Positions 1 to 13,237 of a stretch of DNA of 64,000 nucleotides are shown here, in pieces. A program made the position numbers and the translations under genes. How positions within the stretch are numbered: the stretch's first letter is position 1; each line of letters opens with the position of its first letter. Source of the stretch: Setoptus koraiensis. Its lineage: Eukaryota > Animalia > Arthropoda. The notes beneath the pieces were generated by a model. The model was not told where the DNA came from and did not search any database. It was given only the letters and a program-made list of their open reading frames with translations. The stretch covers positions 10,106,001 through 10,170,000 of the forward strand of contig CM106585.1 in the NCBI GenBank assembly GCA_048013815.1, written 5' to 3'.

Positions 1-262
1 TCTTGTAGATGTTTCGCATTTGTTGCACGATAGGGGGATCCTGTTCAATTCGTTTGCGTTCCACTAAGAAGCGCAACTTGACATTTAGGTCGTCCTGATT
101 TTGCGAGAACACCGACAGGGCGGTCTTGTCGTCGGGTATCAGCTGTTGCTCTATCCAACCGCCGCAGGCGAACTGATAAAAGTCGTCGCAGGGATTTGTG
201 TTGAGATCTAAATTGTTCAATATTTGCGCTGCCGATTTTACACAAGCGGGCGTCAAACATAC

Positions 263-520
263 GTCCTCGTGCTGATTTGAGGCCACCAGCCAGGGCGACA
301 GCTCGTTGTTGCCGGCGTCGCTAGCGCCACCTCTGCTAGAATCGTGGCGCCCGTACGAGGCCTCCAAGAAGTCACTAGATTCCGAGTTCATGTCCTGAGA
401 TACGCCGGCCAATGCCGATCTAGTGCCGTTGTTGTTGCTTAGCCAGGCCTGGTGGTGACCCCTGGCGGTCAGGTAACCGTGCCGGTTGTTGTGTCGTTGA
501 CTAGCCGACGCTGGACCATG
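263..520 (-). CDS. Putative internal coding exon (86 codons, HGPASASQRHNNRHGYL...NQHED) of an unidentified gene
   Basis: Open frame bounded on the minus strand by CAG| at 523-521 and |GTATGT at 262-257, phase 0/0. No homology recognised. Confidence 0.3.
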
Positions 521-683
521 CTGCGACGCAGAACAGGTGATCAGAACAATGACGGATATGAGAGCTATGCAAATGAATATTGTCATGGCCACTATGGCGC
601 ACAGTGACTTTTCCATGTGCGTCATCTTTGCCCACAAGCTAGGCTTCTGTTTGCTGTCGCTGGCACTGCGTCGTGATCAATTA

Positions 684-810
684 TTGCGTGATTCGTTGCG
701 TGATTTATGGCGTGATTTGTTGCGCGGTTTGTTGCGCGGTTTGTTGCGCGGTTTGTTGCGCGGTTTGTTGCGCGGTTTGTTGCGTGATTGGTTGCGTGAT
801 TGGTTGCGCA
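684..810. repeat. 12-bp tandem repeat (TTGTTGCGCGGT and variants)
   Basis: Directly visible. It generates the RGLL/CCAV/RATN repeat ORFs. Confidence 0.9.
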
Positions 811-1097
811 ACGGTTCAGGTTGAGGTGATGTTCATGGGTGATGGTAGACAAACAATGGGTAACAATGGGATGGGACAGACATGTTAGTAATCGATTAGT
901 CACCTGTGCTCAGATTCAAGTTACTTTTTACACAAGATTGTTTGGCGCCCATCAATGCCTTTTATAAACAGCTTAAACAGCAAATGGCGCCCGATGCGGC
1001 CGCGCGATCGAGCGATTAATTAATTAATTGATGGCTCAATTAATTAATTAATCACTTAACTAATTAATCAATTAATTGATTAATTAATTTGACTTTA

Positions 1098-2000
1098 TCA
1101 AGTTAAAATTGTGCCCAACCTAGTGTTTGTGTGGTGCCGTTGTTGTTGCTGTTGTTGTTGTTGTTGAGTATGCTGATGATGATGATGATGCAATAGTGAT
1201 GCCGGCCTGTCTGGGTCAGTGTCGTGCAACAAACAAAAGGGCCGCTTGCTAGTGATCTGATTAGTGTATGCTGTGCTGTTGGCTTGCAGTTGACAATTGT
1301 TGTTGTTCACCTGTGCTGATTGGTGCTGGCAACAATGCTGGCGACTATTGCCTATGTTGTGACTATTTAACACATTACGTAATATGAGTTGTGCACTGTT
1401 GTCGCAACACGACAATTTGTCTGGCCCGGTGAGCAGCGCCGACCCTGTGCCGCCGGCCCCACGACCGCCACTGCCAATGACACTCGATTGGGCGCTCGGT
1501 GAGCCGGCGCCGATTGAACAGACACAATGGCAACTACACTTGTCACTGTTGTTGTCGTTGTTGTCGTTGTTGTCGTTGCTGTCGCTGTTGTCGTTGTTGT
1601 CGTTGTTGTCGTTGTTGTCGTTGTTGTTGTTGTCGTTGTTGTCGTTGTTGCTGTAGTTGTTGGTGCCGCCGGACAGGTCGCAGTTAATTAATAGTTGCTC
1701 ATTAGACGAGTTCGCTTCGGTTTGTTGCTTCAATGTGAGCGCCGCATTTATCGCGCTGTCATAATGATCGACGCAATCATTAGCGCCACCGTTTGCCCGC
1801 ACCGGCACCAATAACAATCTGGGCTGTTTTATCAAGCTTGAGCTCGCAATTATTGAATGAGCAAATTCATCTTGGTCGCACTGCCGCTCGCCGGCCACTT
1901 TCATTGGACACTTGAATGAGCTCAAATTTGTTGTTGCTGTTGCTGTTGCCGTTCTTTTAATGGCAGCTTGTTGCATCATGTTTGCATGCACTTTCATCAT
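1098..2000 (-). CDS. Putative low-complexity (N/D, H, Q-rich) coding exon, function unknown
   Basis: 300-codon ATG-started ORF, but part of its length is microsatellite. No domain recognised. Confidence 0.3.
   Translation of the reverse strand: MMKVHANMMQQAAIKRTATATATTNLSSFKCPMKVAGERQCDQDEFAHSIIASSSLIKQPRLLLVPVRANGGANDCVDHYDSAINAALTLKQQTEANSSNEQLLINCDLSGGTNNYSNNDNNDNNNNDNNDNNDNNDNSDSNDNNDNNDNNSDKCSCHCVCSIGAGSPSAQSSVIGSGGRGAGGTGSALLTGPDKLSCCDNSAQLILRNVLNSHNIGNSRQHCCQHQSAQVNNNNCQLQANSTAYTNQITSKRPFCLLHDTDPDRPASLLHHHHHQHTQQQQQQQQQRHHTNTRLGTILT
1545..1651. repeat. 9-bp/3-bp microsatellite (GTTGTCGTT)n
   Basis: Directly visible. Confidence 0.9.
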
Positions 2001-5000
2001 GATGATGATGTTTTGCTAATGCCAACGCTTTGCTTCCTTGTTTGTTTGTGTGTCTCGTCTAGTCGATTCTATTGGTTGTATTCAACAGTTCATTAGTTCG
2101 CTAATTTTTAATTATATAATTATAGTTTGTTGGCGACACACAAAGTCGCACACTTCACTTGTTGTCGGCGTTGAGCTTGCGGTCGCTGTTGTGGTTGTTG
2201 TCGCTGATGGCCGACGCCGCAGACTTTGCAAAACTTTTGTAAACACTTTGCAATGTTGAACTTATTTGCTGTTCACACTGGCTCACTGACCCAATTTTCA
2301 GTTTGCATTTTGAGCGGCTAGCGATGCAAAATCGGCCCCTAGTGGCCAAACAATGATAAACAACGGCCAATGCAAACTGATCGAACGGCGTCGAAACTGA
2401 TTGAACGGCGTCATTAATTTACAAATGCGCTCAACTGGCCGCATTTGTAAATTAATACATAAATGCGCTTGCACTAAATGTTTGTGACTGTTTATTTGGG
2501 GGCGACATGTTGTGTGCCGAGTGCCACTGACCGCTACACTCTAGTCTGTGGCCGACGCCGCTACGTGAACTTCAACGCTTCAATGCTTCAATGCTTCAAT
2601 ACTTCGATGCTTCGATACTTCAACAATACTTTGCATAGGTGTACACGCAACAACTGCGAGTGACGCTCAAACTCACACTTGTTGTCGTTGACTCTGTTGA
2701 AACAATGCTCGCTCTGTCGAGCGACCGGACATGCGAGATTAGCTAGTTGTTGACGCTGGCAGCTCTGTTATCAGCCAGTGGACGGTGTTGTAGCGCAGCT
2801 AACGGCAACAGGTGAGCTATTGGCCGGCCACGATCGGACAAGCACACAATCAGCGTGTCGTTGTTCATAGTGGGTCGATTATTAGCATATTGGTAGGCGG
2901 TGGCTGCTGCCAACTCTCTATCCATTGACAATCTGGCCAGCGATGGTCTAGCCAGCGATGGTGTAGCCAGTGACGAGACGGCAGCAGCATCGACTCTCAC
3001 CAGCCCATGCTCGATTACAACGGTGTGACCGCTGCTAAAAAACTCTCTCGCTCCGCTGATTTCGACTCACCTGTCATTATTTAGCCCAGTCTTGAGATTG
3101 TTTGTGTCGACGCAAACGGCGTCTGGTTGCTGTTGTTGTTGTTTTGCGTCAGTTGTGTCAGTCATTGTCGCTGGTTGCGCTGGCTTCTCACTGCCAGTGA
3201 AAGGGTGACCAGTGGGCAAATCCAATGGAAAGTAAACGATGATGATGATGATGACAGTGAAATCAGTGCAAAAATAGAGCAGACAATGTTTGTTTTTCTT
3301 TCAGTTGTTTGCTTGCTAAATTAGTACTAATAATAGATTTAAATAATAATAGCTCGAATAGTTGCGTCATTTGTTTGTATTTGGTTTGGTTGTGTGTGTG
3401 TTGCGTAAAGTGTTTGTTGTGGGCGACAGTCGACAGTTGTCAATTGTCAATTGCTGAATCTGACTGGCGTCGTGTAACCCAACTGCAAGCTGTCAGCCAG
3501 CAGCTCACTAGGTCGACTGGCTGTGGTTGGGCCAATCTCAATTAATATCGCTCAATTGATATCGCTCAATTGATATCGCTCATCCACATTGATCCACAAT
3601 TAGCAATAATAGCGAGCCTTTCTATTATTCGTCTTGCGGCTCGTCGAGTCAACCGAATCAAGTTAATCGTGTCACTCGCTGGCTTGCTGAAAACAAACAC
3701 TGCACCTGCTCATCATTTGATCATTTGCTATAATATACTTGACATAATAACATAATAATGTTGTTAACATCGCAAACAATGCTCGCTGCCGGATATCACC
3801 GCGCATTAGGCCCGGCTAACAATCAAAACTGACTGTTTGATGCGACGCTCAAATGCGCTTGTCAGATATTCCCAGCGGCGCAATATTTCACTCTTTGCTG
3901 GTCTCTCGATTCGTGTCGATTCGTGTCACTTTTGACTTGCGAGCAATATTTGCAGCGATATTTGCGGCGATATTTGTGAACAAATGTAACATTAACTGGC
4001 TGCCGATTTGCAGCAAGCGTCCGTGATATTTTTTATCCCGCTGTCATGTTCAGCAGGCCGGAAATGTACTTTTAGTTTATGCGTCAGTGGCGGCTCCACG
4101 ATGATCCCAACACGACTACATCAATTATCGTCTTGAGCACAACTCACTTTGGACAGTGTTAAAAAATTGAATTTTGTTCATTGCAGTCATGTTCAATGTT
4201 GTCGTGTAGTGTTTCCACTGGCACTCGTTGCACTCGTTAGCTGGCGGCAGGCTGACAAAAATGAGCCAAGACCCAACTGCGTTTTATACGCTGATGTTTC
4301 ATAAAGTTTTATGAGTTTCCTTTTGCTGCTTGCAAAAACAAAACGTCCAATGCTCAACGATGCTCATGATACGAGCGCACGTTTAACGCAATTTCTCATC
4401 TCTGCAAAATTGTTGCAAAATTGTTGCAAAATTGGCTGCGCGAGATCGCTGGTGTCTGCAATGTGGCGCGCGCACTAATTTTGCTGTTGGTGTCGGTTTG
4501 AGGATATTCCAAAACGATGGCTGCTAGCTGCCAATTGTGCATACTTACAATTGTGTGTCAGCTCAGTCAGCCAACGAAAGAAATGGGCCAACGAATGAAT
4601 ATATGGAAAATTACGATTTGAATATATATAAATATATATTCAAGTCGAGCACCTGGTTAAGTTGGCTCATTAGCGCAGCTCGACAATCGTCGACAACGAA
4701 ACGCATCAGCACGCCTAAAGTGATTAACTAATCTCTCTAATGAGGTTTACATAAGTGGGCTAGGAGGAATCAGGTGACAACATGCGTTGACACGACAGAC
4801 ATCCATTGAGACATATTCAATAATATGTCTCACTTGGCAAGCTGCTAAATTTGCTACATTTGCTAATTGTATGTGTAAATGTCGCCAAATTGCGAGCTGT
4901 TTTGTCAGTGATATTTGCCTATTTGAGCGAAATGAGTTGTCAGAATCTTATGAGTGATACATAGGCGACACTATATAAAAACATAACGTTACATAACTAA

Positions 5001-6075
5001 GTATCACTAAGTATGTCAACGGTCTCGCCGCGCAATTGACTGCTACTGACTGTTGTCTGGTGGTGGCAAACATTTTCAGCAGCGATTGATATTGGTGCTG
5101 AAAAGAGGATACATGAGTGACTGAGTGATCACTTTGTTTGTCGTGGCACTTGCACTCAATCGTCTATCGAGTGCCATCTTATTGGCTGTGGCCGCTATCT
5201 TGGTAGCCATTAGCCGTGGCTGGCTGATTATGCAGTGTGACACAAAAACAAAAAATGCAACCATCAGCTAATAATGTCAGATAATGTGGTTGTCGTTGTT
5301 GTTGTTGTTGTTTCTTGTTGTTGTTTGTTGTTGTTGTCGCGCTAAACCGTGCCGGCGGGGGTCAACGACCAGCCGAGCGGCACTGCCGACTAATTATGGG
5401 GCCGGGCTGAGGCCTGCTCGCCATCGCTAATATGCAATTTTTACTTCATGGGCACTGTGTGTCTCAATACATTATTATTTTTATTGCTCATCATTGATTG
5501 ATGAGATTAGGGCTTGTTGGCCAGACGCCAGCTTCGTCAGCGACGACGCCGTCAGTGTGTCTCGAGCGAGCCAGTGGCTGGCGAGTGGCTAGGCGAATGC
5601 GTTGGCGAGAGATTTTGAGTTTCTGAGAAGTTGTGTTGACGCACAGTTTATCGTGATACCATCGCGATGGATGACAGCACAGTCAGTGCCGAGTTGCTGC
5701 AGTGGAGATGCTAATCATTTCGAAGCGATTTGAGCGTATAAATAATAGAGTGGCAATAATAGAGTGACTCTTTCGAACTCTTTCTGTTCACGGTGCGTTT
5801 TTTATGTCTTTCTCTCTACTGTGCGCCAATTTCACTTGTTGCCCTGTCGCCTGTTGTCGCCTCGTTGCTATTATTATGTAACTTGTCAATAAAAAAAAAG
5901 TTGCCTCTCGTCGGCCCATTGGCCAGCGGAGAAGTTGGCCGATGCGGAGTTGGCCAATTCGGCGCCGGCCAATGAGCTGGCCGAATAATCAACGACGACT
6001 CACCTGAAATTATCTGTTTATCTTGTCGTGTTTTGTTTTGTTTTGTTTGCTTCTTTTGAGTTGTTTGTTGTCTTG

Positions 6076-6076
<1 letters not shown>

Positions 6077-6112
<36 letters not shown>
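6077..6112. repeat. (TG)n microsatellite
   Basis: Directly visible. Confidence 0.95.
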
Positions 6113-6114
<2 letters not shown>

Positions 6115-7020
6115 AGCGAGCGACTTGAGTGTGTGTCTATGTGATTGATATTATTATTATTAATGGTTGTTGTTGTTGATCCGAGCCGAGCTGTCACTCG
6201 AGTCACTGTGATCTGTCTACGGGCACCTCATGCCAACTTATATGCCGACACTTTATAAGATATCGCGTCGCATCCAGCCCGAGCTGTCATGTGGCCTCTA
6301 TTTAGCTAGCTAACTCGACACATTGCCTGCACTGGCCTGCATTCTAAGTAGCTGATGATGCTGTGGTTTTGTGTGACTTTTGAAGGGTGGCAACAAGTAG
6401 TAACATTTCCATTATCTCTTCTTGTTCTTCTCTCCACTCGGCAAGCCACAATCGGCAAGCCACAATCGGCAAGCCACAATTGACAAGCCACAGTTGACAA
6501 GCCAGAGTTTGGCGAGCTTTTGTTGTTGCACTGTCGGTATGTCGGTATGTTGGTGTGTCGGTGTGTCGGTGTGTCGGTGTGTCGGTGTGCTTGTGGGTCG
6601 GCTGTTCCAGACCATTGACTAAACTAGACTTTGGCGAAGAAAAACGAGCCAGCGAGCGACAGAGATCTTCAGCTAATGACAATTCAGCTACCTCACAATA
6701 ATAGTGTACAATTGGCAATAGCAATAGATAGCTAACAACATACGAGATGCACGGTTGTAGTGTGACATTGCCGGTACGTGGTAGTGGCGTCGACCGGCAA
6801 CAACAACAACAACAAGTGCAAGTTGTTGTTGTTGTTGTTGTTGTTGTCAAAATTGCACACACCAAGCTAAAGCGAAACAGATAATTCGTGCCTCCTCGTA
6901 TGTCGTGCAAACAACAACAACTCTCGCCCGCTTGCTAGCTTGGCGGCCTGTTCATGTCAACTTGTGTAACTCTATCCGATTCAGTGATTCCGATTCAATT
7001 TGTTCTAGCCAAGTTCCTAT

Positions 7021-7023
<3 letters not shown>

Positions 7024-7057
<34 letters not shown>
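7024..7057. repeat. (CT)n microsatellite
   Basis: Directly visible. Confidence 0.95.
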
Positions 7058-7059
<2 letters not shown>

Positions 7060-10000
7060 CACTACTTATACCAGCGCTCCACTAGCCAAGCTAAAGTTAG
7101 CTAGATCATTCCTTTGAGCTGCTTACAGAGAAATTATCTCGCTCATTTCATTCTCATACACACACTACAATTAGCACAAACACCTGTATATTACTCTCGT
7201 TTAAGATCTAAATGGTTAGCTACTGGAGTTGTTAGTTAGTTGAGTTTGATAGCTCGCATAGGAAGAAAGTACAAACGGCAGCAAGTGGCCATTAATTGGC
7301 AACAATGGCGACACTGAATTCACAATTGTAGCTGTAAGATGGAAATTCATGCTTGATTAATTGGTGCTCCCATAAGCCACATATCGCCGCTACTCAAGCT
7401 GCAAGAGCTTATCTACAGGAGCTTGTCATATGTGGACAAGCTTCAATTGGCACAAGCACATATGTGGCACTACTAACGTATTCATGTGTGGATATTCTTA
7501 AGCCACATAAATCACGTACTGTGGATACTTTTGAAGGTCTTACGCAAGCCTGTGTCAGTTAGCTCTACTGTATAGTGTGATAGGAAATTTGTGATTGGCA
7601 CGCTTGTGTCACTTGCACTTGACGTGACATTCGACCGAACTCATCGTGCCATGACAGGTGAATCTGTCGTCGGATTCATTTAGCCATAAAACAGCTGACC
7701 CTGACAATGGCGGCCAGCGGGTCATCGCGAAATATTGAACTTTGTGCGACCTTGTCAAAACAACAGCGACAATAACCATGGGGGAAAGAATGATCGCCAG
7801 AAATGGGATCTTGTGCTCAAAGTTACACTTAGGTGTCTTATAAATAGAGTCAATATGCAAATTAGTTCACTCATCGCCAACACCGGTGATTGGCTGACAG
7901 TGGAGGCATGTGGCAACCAGAGGTGTGCAAACAAGGATAATTTGATTAATAAATAGTCTTGCAAGACACAACTGTGCTTCCTGATTTCGGCCAAGCTATT
8001 CTGTTGTTTGTATTGTCTGTTGTTATTATTATTCGTATGCAGCAAGCCACCAAATGAAAGGCATAGCATACAGTGCCTCTGTATGTACATGTAAATATAG
8101 CAGTAGGTTGTCAATTGTGTATATACATGATCTAATTATAAAAATACAATTGTTGACTCAAATTCGTGCACTCTAAACCAATATCCACTACGGAGCAATG
8201 GTGGCAAGATCGACAAACAGTTTGCTAGTTGACAGCTTGCAAAGTCAAGGACCAAGCAAGCGGTGAAAGCCTTGGCTCTCTATACCTTAGAGTTTTGTTT
8301 TCCGTTTCTCTCTCGTTCAAGATGTGAATATTCTCAAGTTTTCAAGCGTAATTGGAGCGTTGCAATCAGCAACAACAGCGACTGCTATCATTAATCTGTT
8401 CAAACATGTTGTCAATACATACACGGTAATGTGTTGCTATTGTCCTGACAATTACCGTTTATCGACACTAAATATCGTGGCATATTTCCATTAATAAATA
8501 TGACTTTACAACGTGCTCAAACAATATCTAATACACGGAATGCAGTTTTCGTGGCACACGGAGACTTTTAAGATCTGATGAAGCCTTAAATACCAACATA
8601 AGCTACTAACGGCAATAACAATAATTTGCCACAAAAATAACAGTTGTGTCTAATATAATAATAATGATAAATACACGTTATTCACGTCAATGATGAAGAG
8701 AACAATGGAAACGTGTCTCAACTGTGCTACTTGTCGGAAGTCCGCCAAAGTTTATCTAGTCTATAACTAATAGAGGGCAGATAAGGTTCCAATAGAATTG
8801 CCAGGATTTCTTCTCAATTTGTCATTGAACGAATATTTTTAGATCAGGTCTCTAGATCTTGTGGATCCTTGTTTTCATCACTAGATCTAAATTGCATTTC
8901 CGGAAGTGCCATAGAAGACTTCAATGCGATGATACAAGCTCAACAATCGTTGTAATGTGTAAAATTGTTGGGCAAACATGTGGTTAAAGTTGGCCGATCA
9001 AGCGAGCAATTCGTTGATTGCAATGTCTTTGAAATAATTTTAGAGATACAGGTATTACGTTATTAGCGGGTACTATTGATGAAAGTGATCAGTCCAGTCA
9101 ACTTTCGTTCGGAGGTGTTTATATTTGATTGGCAGTGATCTCTCAGTGAATGATCGCAATTCGTCGACCGATGTCAACACAAAGACAAGCTTGCCACAAG
9201 ATCCATTGAATCCATTTTGTTGAATTGACTGTCAAGTTTGACGATGACAAACGACTAGCAAGATTTCATTCATTACTAAGCAGTTGATAGGTGCTGATGC
9301 GGTTTACTAGGCTAACGCATGCACAATACACATTCTCGCACTCATGATTCAGCAGCGCCCCTACATGTCGAAGAATAAATCACTATTGTCAGACTCTTGA
9401 AACTGACCACGCCACTGCCGAAGCCTATCGTGTTTCGTATAAACATTTTCACATTGTTATTTTGTAATTGTGATAGTTTATATTTATGATGGGAAAAACA
9501 AAACTTCACTTTCACTATTGTTGTCATCGTTACTACTATTATTATTAATATTGATGACAATAATTAAATGCATATGGGATGGTAATAATTAATTGTGCCA
9601 TCTCGTTCTGTTGAGCCAATATATTCATATTGACTTTACAAGATTATTACTTTACGTATCCCAACTGAAATCCACAGTCGTCGTCTAATTATCACATTAT
9701 TGTTTTGTGTATTTTTTCTTCATCACGAATACAAACGGAATGTTATCACCACACTACATCATTGTAATACTCTAGCTAATTGTTCATCGTCTCGACCCGT
9801 CAGAAACGCTGGATGTCTCATAGAGAGTAAGTTATCTTACGCGAATCACCCATTAAGAGACCCTATTGATATCAGTGATTGACATCATTATTTTCACTAT
9901 AATTGCTATTTCAATTCACTTTTTTACTCTCTTTATCTTTCTCTGTTCCTATCAAACAAAGCGATAACGATCAAACGAAACTTGGATGTGTCATAACTGT

Positions 10001-10155
10001 GACCTTGTGTCATATTAATTTATACTCAAGTCATTATCAAACAGCTAGTCACCATCGATTACTGCAGAGGATTTAATAACATAGATATTGTTACGACGAT
10101 AAACTATTGATAATAATATTTAATTGGATTATTTATTGAGAAATAACAGTGTAAA

Positions 10156-10635
10156 ATGGCCAACCTTGTAAAGGAAATCCTGGAGCGTAATTCACTGGCA
10201 GTATTGTTCGTTGCAAATTTCACAACAATACACCTCGTTTTGATATTTCTTAATATTCCTTTTGGTGGGGCATCCACATACGTGTCCTACAATGTGATAT
10301 TCATGCTAACATTATTATGGGCTATGCACGCAAAGCAGAGTGTTGAAGCGGTTTCTGTGGCCGCCATACTCAATGTAATTCTTTTGGTATTGGATATTAT
10401 GCTCTACTCAAGCGAATTCACTTCTGGCGTTTTTGGAAAAATAATATTCTTCATAAATCTATTATTTGTGAGGCCCGCGACCATCATATTGTTGTTGAAG
10501 AATTATAGCGCTAGATCAGGTCAGGTGGATGTCACTTCAGGCATATTGAACTTTAACATCGATACTCCTGCCGGTACTTCATCTAGAGGTTATCAAGATA
10601 TTGAGGCAAATACCAATACTGCTGGAAATGCATAA
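10156..10635 (+). CDS. AGTRAP: Type-1 angiotensin II receptor-associated protein-like membrane protein
   Basis: 159 aa, intronless, with several hydrophobic helices. The motifs LWA...SVEAV, LDI, RP...YSARSG and GYQDIE align by eye with AGTRAP (VWA...SIDAI, LDI, KP...YRERGG, AYQTID). Confidence 0.75.
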   Translation: MANLVKEILERNSLAVLFVANFTTIHLVLIFLNIPFGGASTYVSYNVIFMLTLLWAMHAKQSVEAVSVAAILNVILLVLDIMLYSSEFTSGVFGKIIFFINLLFVRPATIILLLKNYSARSGQVDVTSGILNFNIDTPAGTSSRGYQDIEANTNTAGNA

Positions 10636-10829
10636 TGGACTGGAAGATCATGTCACCATTCAATCTGTCGCGAGTTTGAATTACAACTAGTTTTTGCAAA
10701 TCGCCAACATAATCCCCAAAAATCGTCTTTGATTTAATATCGATGCAAGAGATGTATTCTATTAGATAAAGATCGCTCGAATAGATTGGAGGAGGCAACG
10801 ACAAGAATGGTAAACTAGCCTTACTTATG

Positions 10830-11519
10830 TCACCTCCTCTTCTTTTTTAATTCTTCCCTGTTGATGGCCACGCCGAAGTCCTCAGTGCTAGTAGCACCAA
10901 TAGATCGCTTTGTTGGGATCTGCTGTTCAAGATTACGCACTTTGCAGCCATGCTTTTCCAGAAAATGGTTGAGATTTTTCTCTTTTAGAGTATCGCAGTT
11001 TGTGTTGGGTTTTCCATCGATGAAGGTGGTGTGTACCATTTGGTAGAGATCGCTCAGATATATTAGAAGAGCCTTGAATATAACACTCATCCTAGATAGC
11101 ACCGAACTCAATGTGATATAATGAAAGATAAGATGACCGACCTTGATATGAGCCTGCATAATCATAAATGCGTACATTGTATGCTCTATTATAAGGTCAC
11201 TCAGTTTGGCCATGTCCAAAAGTAGTAGCAAAATCGTTTTGGCCGTATTTGCTGAGATCTTGACTGATTTCGCTCCTTTTAGTTCTAGTCGTTTCAAATA
11301 AGTTTCCATAAGTGGAAGATAATTGCCGGTGTTGAATTTTCTATTCAAAGATACCACTCTTTTAATTTTTGCTGTCGTCTTGCAATTTCTAAATCTCACT
11401 AAATATCTGCGGTAGGCTCCTTTTAACAAGTGCAATTCTCTAGTGTAGCTGGAGTCATCGCCGAGCAATAATCTAATTTGTTTCATCATGTACTTGAGGT
11501 CGTCATAATTGGCAGCCAT
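10830..11519 (-). CDS. NEPRO/DUF4477-like nucleolar protein (RNase MRP Rmp64-like)
   Basis: Likely start MAANYDD at 11519 (229 aa). The segment HIKVGHLIFHYITLSSVLSRMSVIFKALLIYLSDLY resembles the NEPRO helix, and the C-terminus is EDFGVAINREELKKKRR. Confidence 0.6.
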   Translation of the reverse strand: MAANYDDLKYMMKQIRLLLGDDSSYTRELHLLKGAYRRYLVRFRNCKTTAKIKRVVSLNRKFNTGNYLPLMETYLKRLELKGAKSVKISANTAKTILLLLLDMAKLSDLIIEHTMYAFMIMQAHIKVGHLIFHYITLSSVLSRMSVIFKALLIYLSDLYQMVHTTFIDGKPNTNCDTLKEKNLNHFLEKHGCKVRNLEQQIPTKRSIGATSTEDFGVAINREELKKKRR

Positions 11520-11834
11520 CGTAATGGAGGCGATCTGATGGAAATGAGTCGAATACCAACAACAACTAAAGGTGAGGCACGTGCCACATGGTATAAAAAT
11601 CTTTGGAAGGCTCCATGAACTGTGCGTGATGCACACTCCAGAAGTGGGCGTTTGCAAGCGGTGCAGGGAGGGGGATCTCCCTCCTTCAGGGAGAGAGTCG
11701 AAACTTCATCAAATGAGAGACAGCAACTGTGTTTTTGTTCAATGTAGTTGGGTTTGTTTATTTATATACATAGTGAACTGAAAGAAAATGCATTAATGGT
11801 AATTGTAACAATGATAATAATAAAAACATTGGCC

Positions 11835-12890
11835 CTATTGTACTTCGTGTAATCTGAATATCTCGTTAGTTTGTTGAGACACTCTGATGAAAGTGGTATT
11901 CCTGGATAAATCTTTGAGCTCATAGGAACCAGTGTAGGTGCAGGCCGATCTCAAGCCACCTAGTATGTCGAGAGCAGTATTGTTAACATCGCCTCGGTAT
12001 GGGACTTTGACAACTTTTCCCTCTGAGGCGCGATAGCTTGATAGGCCGGAATTGTACTTCTCTTGGGCGACCTTTGAAGACATGCCGTAGAAAAGTTTTG
12101 TTTTCTTTCCGTCCGGTCCAATAACTGTGTCGCCGGGACATTGGTCGTGTCCGGCAAACATACCGCCCAACATAACAAAATCGGCTCCGGCACCGAAGGC
12201 CTTGCAAACATCACCCGGATCGGTACAGCCACCGTCGGAAATTATGTGTCCACCTAGGCCATGAGCAGCCTCGGCGCATTCGAGTACGCAACTGAGTTGC
12301 GGATATCCAACTCCTGTCTTCTTTCTTGTGGTGCATACAGAGCCGGGTCCGATACCAACTTTGATGATGTCGGCACCTGCTACGAGGAGCTCCTCGACCA
12401 TTTCCCGAGTAACAACATTTCCTGCCATTATGGTGTGGTCGGGGTACTTTGCCCGCGTTGACTTGACAGTTTCGACAAAATATTGACTGTAACCATTGGC
12501 TACATCAATACAAATGTATTTGATTTGAGGTATTTTGGCCAATACTTGTTCCACTTTGAGTAGATCGGCCTCGCTAATGCCACAGCTTATTGCAACATAG
12601 TCTAGGGCATTTGGTGAATTTTCCGCAAAGGCAACCCATTCCTCTAGTGAATAGTGTTTATGAATGGTGGTAAACAAGTTGTGTTTGTGCAATGCCCTGG
12701 CCATTTCAAATGTTCCAACGGTGTCCATGTTTGATGCGATTATGGGTATGCCGTTGTAGGTTTGCTTGCTGTTGAGAAATTTGTAATCTCTCACCAGGGA
12801 GACATCGTAGCGGCTCCTGAGAAGGGATCGTTTGGGACGCAGCAAGACATCCTTGAAGTCCAATTTGATGTCCTGTTCGATGAAGACCAT
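11835..12890 (-). CDS. GMPR: GMP reductase
   Basis: 351 aa, intronless. Motifs [35 protein letters not shown] (catalytic Cys), ISDGGC, FYGMSS and YRASEGK. Confidence 0.98.
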   Translation of the reverse strand: MVFIEQDIKLDFKDVLLRPKRSLLRSRYDVSLVRDYKFLNSKQTYNGIPIIASNMDTVGTFEMARALHKHNLFTTIHKHYSLEEWVAFAENSPNALDYVAISCGISEADLLKVEQVLAKIPQIKYICIDVANGYSQYFVETVKSTRAKYPDHTIMAGNVVTREMVEELLVAGADIIKVGIGPGSVCTTRKKTGVGYPQLSCVLECAEAAHGLGGHIISDGGCTDPGDVCKAFGAGADFVMLGGMFAGHDQCPGDTVIGPDGKKTKLFYGMSSKVAQEKYNSGLSSYRASEGKVVKVPYRGDVNNTALDILGGLRSACTYTGSYELKDLSRNTTFIRVSQQTNEIFRLHEVQ

Positions 12891-13204
12891 GGTGGGTGAA
12901 TTTCGAGAATTGACTTTGTTGATAATAAATAATAAATAGTAAACAATAAGTAATAGTAATCGATGCGGATGATTTGATGAACATTTAAATCGCTGTTTCT
13001 ATATGCAGCGAAAGGACGACAAGCAACTTTGAGTTCTCTTGTCGTCCATTTAGTGCTCATGCGCACGGACGATAATTGGTGAGTCCTCTTGTCGTCCTAT
13101 CAGCAGGAATGTGATCAGGCATGAGTGAATGTTCAATGTTCCGAGTAGCGTTCGGGCGGCAAGGGCAGCACATGCGGACTTAATGCCCAAATGGCAGGGC
13201 CACT

Positions 13205-13237
13205 GCCATTTTGGCTATAGGCTATAGCCAAAATGGC
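13205..13237. repeat. Perfect 16-bp inverted repeat with a 1-nt centre
   Basis: GCCATTTTGGCTATAG-G-CTATAGCCAAAATGGC. Confidence 0.9.

Noticed and set aside
537-1687. Cys-rich or Leu-rich repeat ORFs (CCAVCCAV, CCRCCRCC, RGLLRGLL, LLSLLS)
   Set aside because: They are translations of 9- and 12-bp microsatellites, not metallothioneins or real domains.
6344-6910. 188-aa ORF
   Set aside because: It is built largely from 6-bp and 14-bp repeats and (CAA)n tracts, with no coding signature.
11835-12890. Intronless GMP reductase as a bacterial guaC horizontal transfer
   Set aside because: The residues follow animal GMPR ([39 protein letters not shown]) rather than E. coli GuaC, and most neighbouring genes are also intronless.
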